A stretch of DNA of 62,846 nt, filler included, from 5 parts of 5 records of this genome joined end to end with filler, not necessarily neighbours in it; one strand, 5' to 3'; positions 37,710 to 47,931 are shown, counted from the whole stretch's first letter. A program made the numbers and translations. The notes: generated from the sequence alone by a model not told the origin.

Positions 37710-38497
37710 GCGTGCGAATTGAAAAGGACGGCCCCGTCTGGACAGTCATCCATTCCCGCCCAGAGGCCCGTAATGCCATGGACCCCGAAAGCGCCACGGC
37801 ACTCTTTGAGGCGTTCCAGTCGTTTGACGCGGACGATACCGCCAGCGCTGCCGTGTTCTGGGGCGAAGGCGGTGCCTTTTGCGCCGGATGGGATTTGAAG
37901 CATGCAGCCTCCCTTTCCGGGGCCGAGGCGCTTGATCCGTTCGACTTTCCCGATGAGGGAGAGCCACCGATGGCGGCCATGGGACCTAGCCGGTTGGAGC
38001 TCAGCAAACCGGTGATCGCCGCTGTGGCTGGGCCTGCCGTAGCTGGTGGAATGGAACTGGCGCTTTGGTGCGATATCCGGGTTATGGAAGGGACCGCCTT
38101 CATGGGGGTCTACTGCCGCCGTTGGGGCATTCCACTGATCGACGGTGGGACAGTGCGCTTGCCGCGTCTGGTGGGCGAAGGTCGCGCCATGGACCTGATT
38201 CTGACCGGTCGCCGTGTGGATGCGGATGAGGCGCTTCGGATTGGACTGTGCGAATACGTCGTGCCTGAAGGCGACGCGCGCGCCAAGGCCGAAGCGCTGG
38301 CCCATGACATCGCCCGTTTCCCGCAAAGCTGCATGCGCGCCGATCGCCGCTCTGTGCGGGCGCAGCACGGGCTTTCGATGCGCGACGCACTTCGGCAGGA
38401 ATGGCGTGGCAGCAAGGCCGAGGTCGCCAAAGGTGTCGAAGGCGCAGCCCGCTTCGCCAGCGGCAAGGGTCGAGGAGGCGATTTCAGCGATGTATGA
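37706..38497 (+). CDS. Enoyl-CoA hydratase/crotonase family protein
   Basis: AFCAGWDL, KPVIAAVAGPAVAGGMELALWCD, GIPLIDGGTVRLPRLVG. Confidence 0.93.
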   Translation: MSVRIEKDGPVWTVIHSRPEARNAMDPESATALFEAFQSFDADDTASAAVFWGEGGAFCAGWDLKHAASLSGAEALDPFDFPDEGEPPMAAMGPSRLELSKPVIAAVAGPAVAGGMELALWCDIRVMEGTAFMGVYCRRWGIPLIDGGTVRLPRLVGEGRAMDLILTGRRVDADEALRIGLCEYVVPEGDARAKAEALAHDIARFPQSCMRADRRSVRAQHGLSMRDALRQEWRGSKAEVAKGVEGAARFASGKGRGGDFSDV

Positions 38498-40094
38498 GTT
38501 GAGCCTCACCACCTCCCATGTCCTAGCCCAGTCCGACATGGAGACGCGCGAGATCACCATCGGCGCATTGCTGCGCGAGGTCGCTGCGGCGCGACCGGAG
38601 GCGGAGGCCTTGGTCGAAGTCAGGCGGGACGGTACAGAAGGGCGGCGCTGGACCTATGCCGAACTGCTGGCCGATGCTGAACGGTTGGCCATGACGCTCG
38701 CCACCCGTTTCGCCCCCGGTGAACGCGTGGCCGTCTGGTCGCCCAACAGTCCCGAATGGGTATTGATGGAATATGCCTGCGCGCTATCCGGGCTGGTGCT
38801 GGTGACCGCGAACCCGGCCTTTCAGGCGCGCGAATTGTCCTATGTGTTGGAGCAATCCGGGGCGGTTGCCCTGTTCCTTGTCGAGGAGTTCCGCAACAAC
38901 CCGATGGGCCGGATTGGGGCTGAGGTCGCGGCGAGCATCCCATCCGTGCGAGAAGTCACGGACATGGAAAGCGCCGTGCTTTACGCGGAAGGGTCGCGCC
39001 CGCCTGCTTTGCCCGAAGTCGCCCCGGGCGACTCCGCGATGATCCAGTATACATCCGGGACGACTGGCTTTCCAAAAGGCGCGGTGCTCAGCCATCGCGG
39101 CCTGGTCAACAACGCCCGGTTCTACGCGGGGCGCTGCGGGGCGACCCAGGCAACCACCTGGGTCAACATCATGCCGATGTTCCACACCTCGGGCTGCGGG
39201 ATGGTCACGCTAGGCTGCCTTCAGGCGGGGTGCCGAATGGTGCTGGTCAGCCTGTTCGATCCGGATGTTGTGCTTGACCAATTGGAAGCGAACGGCGCGG
39301 ACATCATCCTTGGCGTGCCGACCATGGTGGTGGCCTTGCTCGACGCACAGGAAACGCGTCCACGCGACCTGTCGGCCCTGAAGCTTGTCACCTGTGGCGG
39401 TTCGATGGTGGCCCCAGAGCTGGTGCGCCGGGTTCAGGTCCTTATGGGCGCCGGATTTTCGACCCTCTACGGGCAAACCGAACACTGTCCGGTGATCACG
39501 CAACACCGTTTGTCAGACAGTACCCGCGACATCTGCAACACGGCCGGTCAACCTGTCGCGCAGACTGAGGTCTCGATCCGTTCCGTTGCTGACAATCATC
39601 CCGTGGCGATCGGCGAGATCGGAGAGATTTGCGCGCGCGGCCCCTGCGTCATGCTGGAATACAACGACAACCCCATGGCCACGTCCGAGACTGTCGACGC
39701 GATGGGTTGGCTGCACACCGGCGATCTGGGCCGGATGGATGCGCGCGGCTACATCACCGTCACGGGCCGCGTCAAGGAGATGATCATCCGGGGTGGCGAG
39801 AACCATTTCCCGGCCGAGATCGAGAATTGCCTGCTGGAGCACGTGCAAGTGGCCGAGGTCGCCGTGGTTGGCCTGCCGGATCCGAAATGGGGCGAGATCA
39901 TCGGCGCGTTCATCCGTGGCACAGGACCACTCGAAAAAGACGCGCTGCATGCCCATTGCCGCGCGAACATTTCCCCGCAGAAAACCCCGAATGTTTGGGT
40001 GCAGGTCGAGGACTTCCCCCTGACCGGCTCGGGCAAGATCCAGAAATTCATCCTCCGCGACCGGTTTGTCGCCGGGGAATTCACTGAACTCTGA
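38490..40094 (+). CDS. Acyl-CoA synthetase (AMP-forming), paralog 2
   Basis: Same motifs as paralog 1; ATG 38490 has a GAGGAGG Shine-Dalgarno and its N-terminus aligns with paralog 1. Confidence 0.93.
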   Translation: MYELSLTTSHVLAQSDMETREITIGALLREVAAARPEAEALVEVRRDGTEGRRWTYAELLADAERLAMTLATRFAPGERVAVWSPNSPEWVLMEYACALSGLVLVTANPAFQARELSYVLEQSGAVALFLVEEFRNNPMGRIGAEVAASIPSVREVTDMESAVLYAEGSRPPALPEVAPGDSAMIQYTSGTTGFPKGAVLSHRGLVNNARFYAGRCGATQATTWVNIMPMFHTSGCGMVTLGCLQAGCRMVLVSLFDPDVVLDQLEANGADIILGVPTMVVALLDAQETRPRDLSALKLVTCGGSMVAPELVRRVQVLMGAGFSTLYGQTEHCPVITQHRLSDSTRDICNTAGQPVAQTEVSIRSVADNHPVAIGEIGEICARGPCVMLEYNDNPMATSETVDAMGWLHTGDLGRMDARGYITVTGRVKEMIIRGGENHFPAEIENCLLEHVQVAEVAVVGLPDPKWGEIIGAFIRGTGPLEKDALHAHCRANISPQKTPNVWVQVEDFPLTGSGKIQKFILRDRFVAGEFTEL

Positions 40095-40109
40095 ACAACA
40101 GGACACGCC

Positions 40110-40795
40110 ATGCAAGATTCCACGCAACATTACGTTAATGGACAATGGGTTGCCTCGATTGACGGTCGAGAGATGGCCGTGGAAGACCCCTCCACGGAAG
40201 AAACGATCGCAACGATCATGCTAGGCGGCGATGCGGATGCCGATGCGGCTGTTGCCGCGGCCAAGGCTGCCTTTCCGGGCTGGGCGGCGACGGAACCCGA
40301 GGCTAGGGTCGCCACGCTGGAGCGGCTGATGGACGTCTACAAGGAACGCGCGGGTGAAATGGCAGAGGCGATAAGCGCCGAGATGGGTGCGCCGATTGCC
40401 TTGGCGAAGACGGCTCAGGTAGGGGCCGGGGCCGGGCATCTGAAGAACACCATCCGTACGGCAAAGGGTTTCGCGTTCGAGCGCCCCTTGGGAGACCACG
40501 CGCCGGGCGACATGATCCTCTATGAACCTGTCGGGGTCTGCGCCCTGATCACGCCCTGGAACTGGCCGATGAACCAAGTGATGCTCAAGGTGGCACCCGC
40601 CCTGGCTGCAGGATGCACCATGGTGGTGAAACCAGCGGAGCAGGCCCCGCTCAGCGCCATGCTGCTGGCCGAGATGATCGACGCGGCTGGTTTCCCGCCC
40701 GGCGTGTTCAACCTTGTGAACGGTGATGGTGCGGGCGTTGGAGCACATCTCACGTCTCACCCGGATGTGGATATGGTCAGCTTTACCGGCTCGAC
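40110..40795 (+). CDS. Aldehyde dehydrogenase (3' truncated)
   Basis: EPVGVCALITPWNWP, VVKPAEQAP, VSFTGS. Confidence 0.93.
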
Positions 40796-40895
40796 NNNNN
40801 NNNNNNNNNNNNNNNNNNNNNNNNNNNNNNNNNNNNNNNTTAATTAATTAANNNNNNNNNNNNNNNNNNNNNNNNNNNNNNNNNNNNNNNNNNNN
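40796..40895. other. Artificial contig spacer
   Basis: N-run with the TTAATTAATTAA linker. Confidence 0.99.
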
Positions 40896-40990
40896 AATGT
40901 TGTAGGCGGTGATGAGTAATCGATCATCGCCAAGAAGCTTGTACTCCGTCCTCCATCCCCACCGCGGTTGGTCAGACTCAGTACGTCGGG
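40896..40990 (-). pseudogene. Orphan 3' fragment of a DUF1579-like gene
   Basis: Read by hand: DQPRWGWRTEYKLLGDDRLLITAYNI, with no start codon or room for the N-terminal part before the upstream gene's stop. Confidence 0.45.
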
Positions 40991-40999
40991 TGACGAAAA

Positions 41000-41488
41000 C
41001 TAGTATTTGTTCTTGATTTCGGCTTCTGGCAGATCTCGGCGAAGCTGCTCGAGAATCTTTGCATCTGCGACGTCATCGCGAATGTACAGATTCAGTTCCT
41101 GCAGCGTATGAATCTCTCCGATCACTTGCGCCTCCTCAGGCGTCAGGCGACTGCCAAGCAAAGAAAGGCTCTGCAGGTTCGGCATCGTTGCAATGGCCCG
41201 CAATCCGCTCGCCGAGACATCGGTCTGCTCTAGACCCACGTGCTGTACTTCAGGCCGGCTGGCGAAGATCCAAAGGAACTCGTCGGTGTCCCCCGTTGAA
41301 TAGGCACTAATCCGCCCTGAACCATTCTGTAGGTCCATTGTCGTCCGAACAATCTTTTCAAGACGGTAGCGGGTTTTGTCTGCCTCAAACGATTCTTTCG
41401 CCAAGCTACGCGCCAGGTACACAACATTTGCGAGGTAAAGAACAACGAGCATGGTGTAACAGAACGGGTGTAAGTAACGCGTCATCAC
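41000..41488 (-). CDS. Small membrane-anchored leucine-rich-repeat protein
   Basis: N-terminal TM; LRR-like TDVSASGLRAIATMPNLQSLSL and LQELNL. Confidence 0.65.
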   Translation of the reverse strand: MMTRYLHPFCYTMLVVLYLANVVYLARSLAKESFEADKTRYRLEKIVRTTMDLQNGSGRISAYSTGDTDEFLWIFASRPEVQHVGLEQTDVSASGLRAIATMPNLQSLSLLGSRLTPEEAQVIGEIHTLQELNLYIRDDVADAKILEQLRRDLPEAEIKNKY

Positions 41489-41693
41489 AGGTGCCCCCTA
41501 AGCGAGAAACAACACGGATCCGATGTAGCGATTGTACAAGAACACCAAACCACCCGCGTGAATCCGCGGGAAAGACGCCAAGAAGAGACCCCTTCGACAC
41601 ACTTGTCATTTCGGATTTCTCAACCGTATGGACTGAGCGCCGGAAAGACAGCAGGGCCTGGGCGGAAGCACTATTGAACAGGGGCTTCCAAAG

Positions 41694-42323
41694 CTAAAGG
41701 TAGAGCTCGAGCTGTAGAAAATAGTGCGGCGCGATAGAGTATCGCTGGGCTAGGATTTGAAGTGTTTGCCACCGAGTAATATGCGATTCATCCTCAAGTG
41801 CTGGCTGTGTTTCAGGAAGCTCGATGAGCAATGACTTCTTTACCATCATCGCACGAATCTTGTGTGTCCGGACACTGCCTGCTCGCTCGCAAGTGAGGCA
41901 AACCAAGTAGGTGGCTGTCGTAGTTGGGATGCCTACATCACGTCGCAAATGCCCATCCGCAAAACGTTCGCTAATCTCATTCAAAACGGCGTTGAGGTAG
42001 TACCAGCAATCGTCTCGAGGAATCGCGATCAAGGGATCGTCTGGCGTGGTTTGGCGAGCTAGCTTGATCAATCGCGCGGACGCCGATCGGTTCAGAAAGA
42101 CCTCATCGACATCAAGTTCTGCAATAGTCCGTATACGCAACGTGTCGTCATTGACTGATGTGAGCGAGATATTGAGCCGGTCCAAGAAGCTTCGCTGCAG
42201 CCATGCGTTTCGCGAGCGTCGGCCGGCCAGATAGGAAGCGACCGCCGCGGCGACAACGAGCCAGACCAATTCCGGCCAGTTCTCGAACAGGTAGTTTCTT
42301 AGAGAGTTAACTACGTCTATCAA
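41694..42323 (-). CDS. Hypothetical protein with N-terminal TM
   Basis: Long ORF downstream of argF; start uncertain. Confidence 0.7.
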   Translation of the reverse strand: MIDVVNSLRNYLFENWPELVWLVVAAAVASYLAGRRSRNAWLQRSFLDRLNISLTSVNDDTLRIRTIAELDVDEVFLNRSASARLIKLARQTTPDDPLIAIPRDDCWYYLNAVLNEISERFADGHLRRDVGIPTTTATYLVCLTCERAGSVRTHKIRAMMVKKSLLIELPETQPALEDESHITRWQTLQILAQRYSIAPHYFLQLELYL

Positions 42324-42446
42324 ACGCCAGAGTTCCTTCCGTAGTGGCCCCTTAACGAAGTCGGTCGCAATGAGCTGCAGTTTGTCGCACAAAGTTGACC
42401 GCAATCTGCTTCGGGCACGCCTACATGTTCTTTTGTGAGCGCTGCG

Positions 42447-43433
42447 TTAGCTTGTGCCGAGGGGGAGTTCGATGCCGTCGGAGGCGAGTTCTGCAATGCT
42501 GAGTTTGCCGTGTTGAATGGCAAGCCAAAGCATCAAGCCTTTCTGGGCGTGCATGCGATTGCCGGCCTGTTCAATAATGACGCTGTTGTCCGAGTCAATA
42601 ACCTCAGCAGTAACCTCTTCGCCACGCTTCGCTGGCAGGCAATGCAACACCTTGCAATGGTTCGGAGCCTTCGACATCACGGTTGCATTTAATTGAAACG
42701 GTGTGAACGCATCACGTCGGGCTTGCTCTTCAGCCTCCTGTCCCATGCTCGTCCAGACATCCGTGTATACAAAATCAGCTTCGCGCATCGCCTCTTCAGC
42801 AGATTCAGTCTGTGCAAGGTCAGCCGTCGCGTATCGATCCACGATATTCTTGACTTGCTCCTCTGGCAGGAAGTAGTCCTTCGGACCAAGGATCCGAAAT
42901 CGCATTCCAACCATCGCGCAGGCTAGTGCGAGTGAGTACGCAACATTGTTGCCATCGCCCACAAAAGTTAACTGTCGGCCAGCAAGCCCTTCGGTGTGCG
43001 CTCGCATGGTTAGCAAATCTGCAAGCGCCTGGCACGGGTGGCAAAGATCTGTAAGACCATTGATGACTGGGACGCAATTGTAGCTGGCGAGCTCTTCTAC
43101 GGACTCGTGTGACTTCGCCCGGCAAACCAGGAAATCGACGTACTGGGCAAGAATCTGCACAAAATCGCTGGTCTTTTCACGCTTCTGCCAACCGACTTCT
43201 TGCCCCAAAAACATGGCAGATCCGCCGAGCTGGTTGATTCCGGCTTCGAAGCTCACACGCGTCCGCAGGCTCTGCTTCTCAAAAAGCATGGCGAGAACAT
43301 GGCGATTCAGCCACGCCCGGCGCTGCCCTTTTGCGAGGAGTGCCTTTGTCTGCTCAGAGATGGTGAGAATCGTATTCAGCTCTTGTTGGCTGATATCGAA
43401 AAGTGAAAGCAAGTGTCTCACGACTGGCTCCAA
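42447..43433 (-). CDS. argF: Ornithine carbamoyltransferase
   Basis: SLRTRVSFE, HPCQALAD, GDGNNVA, DVWTSMG, HCLP. Confidence 0.94.
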   Translation of the reverse strand: MEPVVRHLLSLFDISQQELNTILTISEQTKALLAKGQRRAWLNRHVLAMLFEKQSLRTRVSFEAGINQLGGSAMFLGQEVGWQKREKTSDFVQILAQYVDFLVCRAKSHESVEELASYNCVPVINGLTDLCHPCQALADLLTMRAHTEGLAGRQLTFVGDGNNVAYSLALACAMVGMRFRILGPKDYFLPEEQVKNIVDRYATADLAQTESAEEAMREADFVYTDVWTSMGQEAEEQARRDAFTPFQLNATVMSKAPNHCKVLHCLPAKRGEEVTAEVIDSDNSVIIEQAGNRMHAQKGLMLWLAIQHGKLSIAELASDGIELPLGTS

Positions 43434-43473
43434 CTACAAGATTCAGGGCGAATACTACACAATGTTCAGCAAC

Positions 43474-44706
43474 CTAAGATGCCTGTTCTTCGGTTGCTTC
43501 TAAGTTGGCTTCCGATTCAGCAATCACCGCTTCAGTGAACAGTTCCATGCCGCGCTGGATTTGATCTTCGGTGATGTTCATTGCGGGAAGCAAACGGAGC
43601 ACGTTTGACTGCGTACAGTTGATCAGCAGGCCGTCTTCCAAACAGCGATTTACGACTGAGTTGCCGTCGAACTCAATCTCAACACCAATCATCACACCGA
43701 GCTGACGGATTTCTCGAACGCGATCGCATCGATCCTTCAGATCTTCAAGAGCCTGAGAAAATAGTTCAGCGCTTTGCTGAGTTTGCTCCAGCAGCCCTTC
43801 CTCTTCGATGGTCTCGATCATCGCAATACCAGCAGCCGCGGCGATTGGGTTGCCGCCGAAAGTCGTTGCGTGCATCCCCGGGCGTAGGCTTGGGGCAATG
43901 TCGGTTCGAGCAAGCATGGCCCCACCTGCGATCCCGCCGCACAGGCTCTTCGCGAGGGTCATGATGTCTGGCACGCACTGGAAGTGTTGGTGAGCGAACC
44001 AGTGTCCTGTTCGGCCGCATCCAGTTTGCACTTCGTCAAATATCAGCAGTAGGTTGTTGTCATCCGCGAGCTGACGCAGGCCGATTAAGAACTCCGGTGA
44101 TGGTATCTGTACACCACCTTCGCCTTGAATCGGTTCGATCAAAATGGCTGCTGTCGTGTCATCGATCTGTTTCTCGACGGCCGACAGGTCGCCTGGCGCT
44201 ACGTAGGCGAATCCGGCCAGCATAGGCCCAAGTCCTTCGTGATAGGCCGGTTGCGCGGTTGCCGCCAAAGCGCCGAAGGTTCGTCCGTGAAAACTGCCTT
44301 GGAAGGTGATAATCTTGTACCGGTCAGGTCCCTGGTGCAGTCTGGCGAGTTTAATAGCAGCCTCGTTGGCCTCTGCACCGCTGTTGCAGAAGAAGGCTTG
44401 CGCGTCAAAAGATCGTTCAACAAGCAGTTTTGCCCATAGCCCCTGGGATTCCATGTGCCAAGTGTTGGGCACATGAATCAGCTCTGCGACTTGACGTTGA
44501 ACCGCCTCCACGATTCTAGGAGGACAGTGCCCGAGAAGGTTGCAGCCCCAGCCGGGAAAGAAATCAAGGTACTCGTTGTCCTCACTATCCCAGACCACGG
44601 AACCTTCGCCACGCACCAAGTTGACCGGGTAGCGTCGATAGTTGGGGATGACGTACTGCTGGAATATTTGTTGCGTTTCTGCCGAATCCATGTGTTTTTC
44701 AGTCAT
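43474..44706 (-). CDS. argD: Acetylornithine aminotransferase
   Basis: FFCNSGAEANE, FHGRT, EPIQGEGG, DEVQTGCGRTG, TFGGNP; lies between argB and argF. Confidence 0.94.
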   Translation of the reverse strand: MTEKHMDSAETQQIFQQYVIPNYRRYPVNLVRGEGSVVWDSEDNEYLDFFPGWGCNLLGHCPPRIVEAVQRQVAELIHVPNTWHMESQGLWAKLLVERSFDAQAFFCNSGAEANEAAIKLARLHQGPDRYKIITFQGSFHGRTFGALAATAQPAYHEGLGPMLAGFAYVAPGDLSAVEKQIDDTTAAILIEPIQGEGGVQIPSPEFLIGLRQLADDNNLLLIFDEVQTGCGRTGHWFAHQHFQCVPDIMTLAKSLCGGIAGGAMLARTDIAPSLRPGMHATTFGGNPIAAAAGIAMIETIEEEGLLEQTQQSAELFSQALEDLKDRCDRVREIRQLGVMIGVEIEFDGNSVVNRCLEDGLLINCTQSNVLRLLPAMNITEDQIQRGMELFTEAVIAESEANLEATEEQAS

Positions 44707-44770
44707 AGTTAAACGAACTTCGGTAGCTCGGTGCGTCTAAGTTCTCTTTTGTCGGTCGTCACACCACTGT

Positions 44771-44799
44771 AAACGAAACAAGGGCAGCGGTTGCTGCCC
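44771..44799 (-). terminator. Intrinsic terminator-like hairpin after argB
   Basis: GGGCAGC-AACC-GCTGCCC followed by TTGTTTCGTTT. Confidence 0.55.
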
Positions 44800-44829
44800 C
44801 GATGTTACATCTGGTGATGCATTAGAGTG

Positions 44830-45714
44830 TTAGCGTTTCTTTACCAGTTCCGTGCCTACACCACTGGTCGTATAAACCTCTAAAAGGAGTGAGTGCCTTA
44901 CGCGACCATCAATGATGTGAACTTTCCTTACGCCTCGACCAAGCGTCGACAAACAAGCTTCAACTTTGGGAATCATACCCGAGTCGATGACGCCGCTGTC
45001 GATCAAACCTCTGGCTTCGGCTTCATCAAGGGAGTGAATGATCGTATCCGGGTCGCTCTTGTCACGCCGGACGCCGTTAACGTCGCTCAGGAATACCAGC
45101 TTCTCCGCCCCTAGGCTCTCCGCCACTGCCATCGCCGCCGTGTCGGCGTTCACATTGTACTTTTGGCCTTCGCCATCGATGCACATCGACGGAATTACCG
45201 GCACCTGATTAGCATACGTAATGCTTTCGATGGTCGTTCGATCAACGCTTGTGACCTTTCCAACGAAACCAAGATCGACGTTCTTGCCATCTGCGCCATC
45301 AAACAGCAGCTTCTCGCCTTCCAAGACATCGGTGCCGGCCGCAAAGTTCAGGTTGACCGCACGACCGCCCAAACGCTCTATTTCGTCAGTCAGTCGCTGA
45401 GTGATTTCAGTCGCGAGAACCTGTTCGACGATTTCCAAAGTAGCTTGGTCGGTGACTCGCCGACCATCAATCCACTTGGGTTCGATCTTGCGTTCATCCA
45501 TCGCTCGGCTGATTGCCGCTCCGCCGCCATGGACGATAACGGGCTTCATGCCAACGGATTCCATGAAGATGACGTCGAGTAGCAAGTGCTGAAGCGCTGC
45601 TTGGTCGTCCAGCAGGCTGCCGCCGAGTTTGATGACGGTCGTCTTTCCTCGGAATCGACGGATCCAACCCATCGCCTCAATCAGCGTGTCCGCTTTCGCA
45701 ATTGCGTCTTGCAC
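44830..45714 (-). CDS. argB: Acetylglutamate kinase
   Basis: [37 protein letters not shown]. Confidence 0.96.
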   Translation of the reverse strand: MQDAIAKADTLIEAMGWIRRFRGKTTVIKLGGSLLDDQAALQHLLLDVIFMESVGMKPVIVHGGGAAISRAMDERKIEPKWIDGRRVTDQATLEIVEQVLATEITQRLTDEIERLGGRAVNLNFAAGTDVLEGEKLLFDGADGKNVDLGFVGKVTSVDRTTIESITYANQVPVIPSMCIDGEGQKYNVNADTAAMAVAESLGAEKLVFLSDVNGVRRDKSDPDTIIHSLDEAEARGLIDSGVIDSGMIPKVEACLSTLGRGVRKVHIIDGRVRHSLLLEVYTTSGVGTELVKKR

Positions 45715-45871
45715 TCGTGGTCCAATCGGTAGGAAACGGCCGTCATTGGGGCGGAAAAGTCGCAGGTCGCGTGGTTCCGCTTGTCAACGAACGCACATGA
45801 AAACGCGACAATTTACTCCATGTGGGCGGGAAGCGTCAATCTGATACAAGGCGTAGAGTGTATTTGCGAGG

Positions 45872-46768
45872 CTATCGGGCAACAAAATACGCCAAATATT
45901 CATGCAGCACCGTTTCCCACTTCAGCAAGTTCTCCGCATGTGGCACTAGGCGGGCCGGAGAATACGTCTGGCTGCGGAAGTCCGCGGCGACCGGGATTAT
46001 TTCCAGGCCACGGGACTTGGCCAGTCGTAGGGCTCGAGGCAGATGAAACGCACTGGTCAGAAGTCCAATCCTGGGAGTCTGTCCATCGCTCGACGAACGG
46101 TCCAGTTGCTCAGCAAGCGTTCTCAGTTCCTCGTACGTGTTGATTCCTTGAAGCTGCTCGATGGAAGAGTCCGGAATTCCGAGGTTGGTCCAAATTTGGA
46201 ACGTCTGCGCACTAGGCGTCGCGGCGCTGTTGGCGCTACCGGGAGTTACAGCTCCCGTAGTAATGAGCTTCTTCGCGTGCCCCTGTTGGTACAGTTCCGC
46301 CGCATACAGGACTCTGTCTCCTGCGAAGGCGGCCTGAGGACGACTGGGACCCATCGTCGTTCCACCGCCAAGCACGATCAATGCATCCAGTGGAGCATCC
46401 TTGTCGGGCGAATACGGTGTGAACGATTCCTCCAGCGTTCGGAGGGCCGCGTTCGCCAGTGGCCGTGTCCCGAACGCATAGATGCTCACCGAGAGCAGCA
46501 ACAGCCACCAGCCGCCGCGGAAACGAGTCAGAAACAAACTTAACGTTGCAAAACCGAGCGTCAGGGCCCACGCGAGCCCCACTGGGTAGCACAAGCAGGT
46601 GAAGTTCTTTTCCACTCCGGTTTTACCGGACTGCAGATAGGCTGCCGATCCAACGACGATGACAATGCCAAGACCGACGCCTAGTGCAACCAAGCACAGC
46701 CGAAAGAGACTTGGCCGGATTGCAGATTCTTCTGGTGTAGTCGTGTGGTCAGAAGGCACTGAATTCAT
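45872..46768 (-). CDS. YdcF/ElyC/SanA (DUF218) family membrane protein
   Basis: TM helices, IVLGGG, NTYEE, LTSAFHLPRA, HEYLA. Confidence 0.88.
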   Translation of the reverse strand: MNSVPSDHTTTPEESAIRPSLFRLCLVALGVGLGIVIVVGSAAYLQSGKTGVEKNFTCLCYPVGLAWALTLGFATLSLFLTRFRGGWWLLLLSVSIYAFGTRPLANAALRTLEESFTPYSPDKDAPLDALIVLGGGTTMGPSRPQAAFAGDRVLYAAELYQQGHAKKLITTGAVTPGSANSAATPSAQTFQIWTNLGIPDSSIEQLQGINTYEELRTLAEQLDRSSSDGQTPRIGLLTSAFHLPRALRLAKSRGLEIIPVAADFRSQTYSPARLVPHAENLLKWETVLHEYLAYFVAR

Positions 46769-47660
46769 CGTAGGCGTCCTGGATTACATTAATGTCTGCT
46801 TCAACGCCCATCCATCGCCGGATGTCATAAACGTCGCCCTCAAAACCAAGCTCGCTGCGTCGAAGCAGGCGGTGGCTTTGGGACGCGTCGTCTGACGCAA
46901 GTTGCCGCGAAACCGCATCAATCACTTCGTCGCGTGCTATCCAAACGCCCGGTGTCTCACCAAGCGCATCTAATATTGGTGCGACAAATTGTTCGGAGGA
47001 CAGGACGATGCAAATGCTTGGTTCGGAATTGATTGCGTCCCTTGCGGAATCCGATGCGGGAGCTTCGACAGCTTCCTGTGTATCAGGTGCAACCTTCTGC
47101 AAATTTGCTGTTGGGGGTGCCAGTAAACTTGGCCGGTTCGACAGCTCTCCCGGCGACTCAGTGATGTGCAGTTGGTCCTCGGGCACAATGGTTCGCAGTT
47201 TGTTTTCAACGGCGATTGTCAGCCGCGACCTTCCGCACACAAGCCAATTGTAATCGCTCAAGCCCCTGGAGGCGGATATCTCGCTAGTCTGGTCAGCCTT
47301 GAGGTTGTTCTCGAGTACCTCAGCAATTGAGAACCAGCATTCCCAACCTGTGTCGGTTCGCGCAACGCTTGAGATCGGTGCGGCGACTGTGTTGTTGGCA
47401 GTGGAGTCCGCTTCGATGCTGAGCGCAGAAAAGATCGTTGCCGCTTGATTCTGTAGCTTGCCAAAAAAACGAAAGGCGGACACTCCAATCGCAGCTAAGC
47501 CACGAATGGCCACCTCCAAGTCGTCGGCGTGCACCTCGGATGAAATAACTTGCCAATCCAGATGGCGTGTTTCGATGACGCGCTGGACGCAAAACTGCGT
47601 GGCTCGCCCTTCAATGGATTCACCCAGGCAACAGAGTATTGGTTGAGCAGCACTATCCAA
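46749..47660 (-). CDS. Degenerate shikimate-dehydrogenase-like protein
   Basis: N-terminus (LCCLGESI...LDWQ...EV..DDL..AIRG) and C-terminus (WMGVEAD...YDEF) are AroE-like, but the catalytic and NAD(P) motifs are absent. Confidence 0.5.
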   Translation of the reverse strand: MDSAAQPILCCLGESIEGRATQFCVQRVIETRHLDWQVISSEVHADDLEVAIRGLAAIGVSAFRFFGKLQNQAATIFSALSIEADSTANNTVAAPISSVARTDTGWECWFSIAEVLENNLKADQTSEISASRGLSDYNWLVCGRSRLTIAVENKLRTIVPEDQLHITESPGELSNRPSLLAPPTANLQKVAPDTQEAVEAPASDSARDAINSEPSICIVLSSEQFVAPILDALGETPGVWIARDEVIDAVSRQLASDDASQSHRLLRRSELGFEGDVYDIRRWMGVEADINVIQDAYDEFSAF

Positions 47661-47931
47661 GATCTGAACCTTTATCCCCGCGAAACGAATTATCAAAATC
47701 GTCGCTATTTGTCCTCGGGCCGCAAGGTGGAGCCGTGGATTTCGGGCTCGTTATGCGGATTGTGGCGATTCGACCGCCAGCTTGCCACGATTCTGGTTGC
47801 CCTTGGAATGACCGCCTGCCTTACCGCCTTAGATTGAGGGCTTCGGAAACTAACTTACAGATACCCCGCCGATCATGTCTGCCGCGTTGGCCGTGTGACA
47901 AATCCCGCAATCGAATGCAGCGAGCAACCAT

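Noticed and set aside
27585-40795. A UGA-interrupted selenoprotein gene on the sel contig
   Set aside because: All recognisable genes read through as complete ORFs. Apart from the gcvH/selA junction I saw no in-frame UGA splitting a domain; targets may lie off-contig.
42447-43433. SLRT instead of STRT suggesting an acetyl- or succinyl-ornithine transcarbamylase
   Set aside because: The SMG loop and HCLP-A context match ordinary OTCase, and the gene sits in an argB-argD-argF run.
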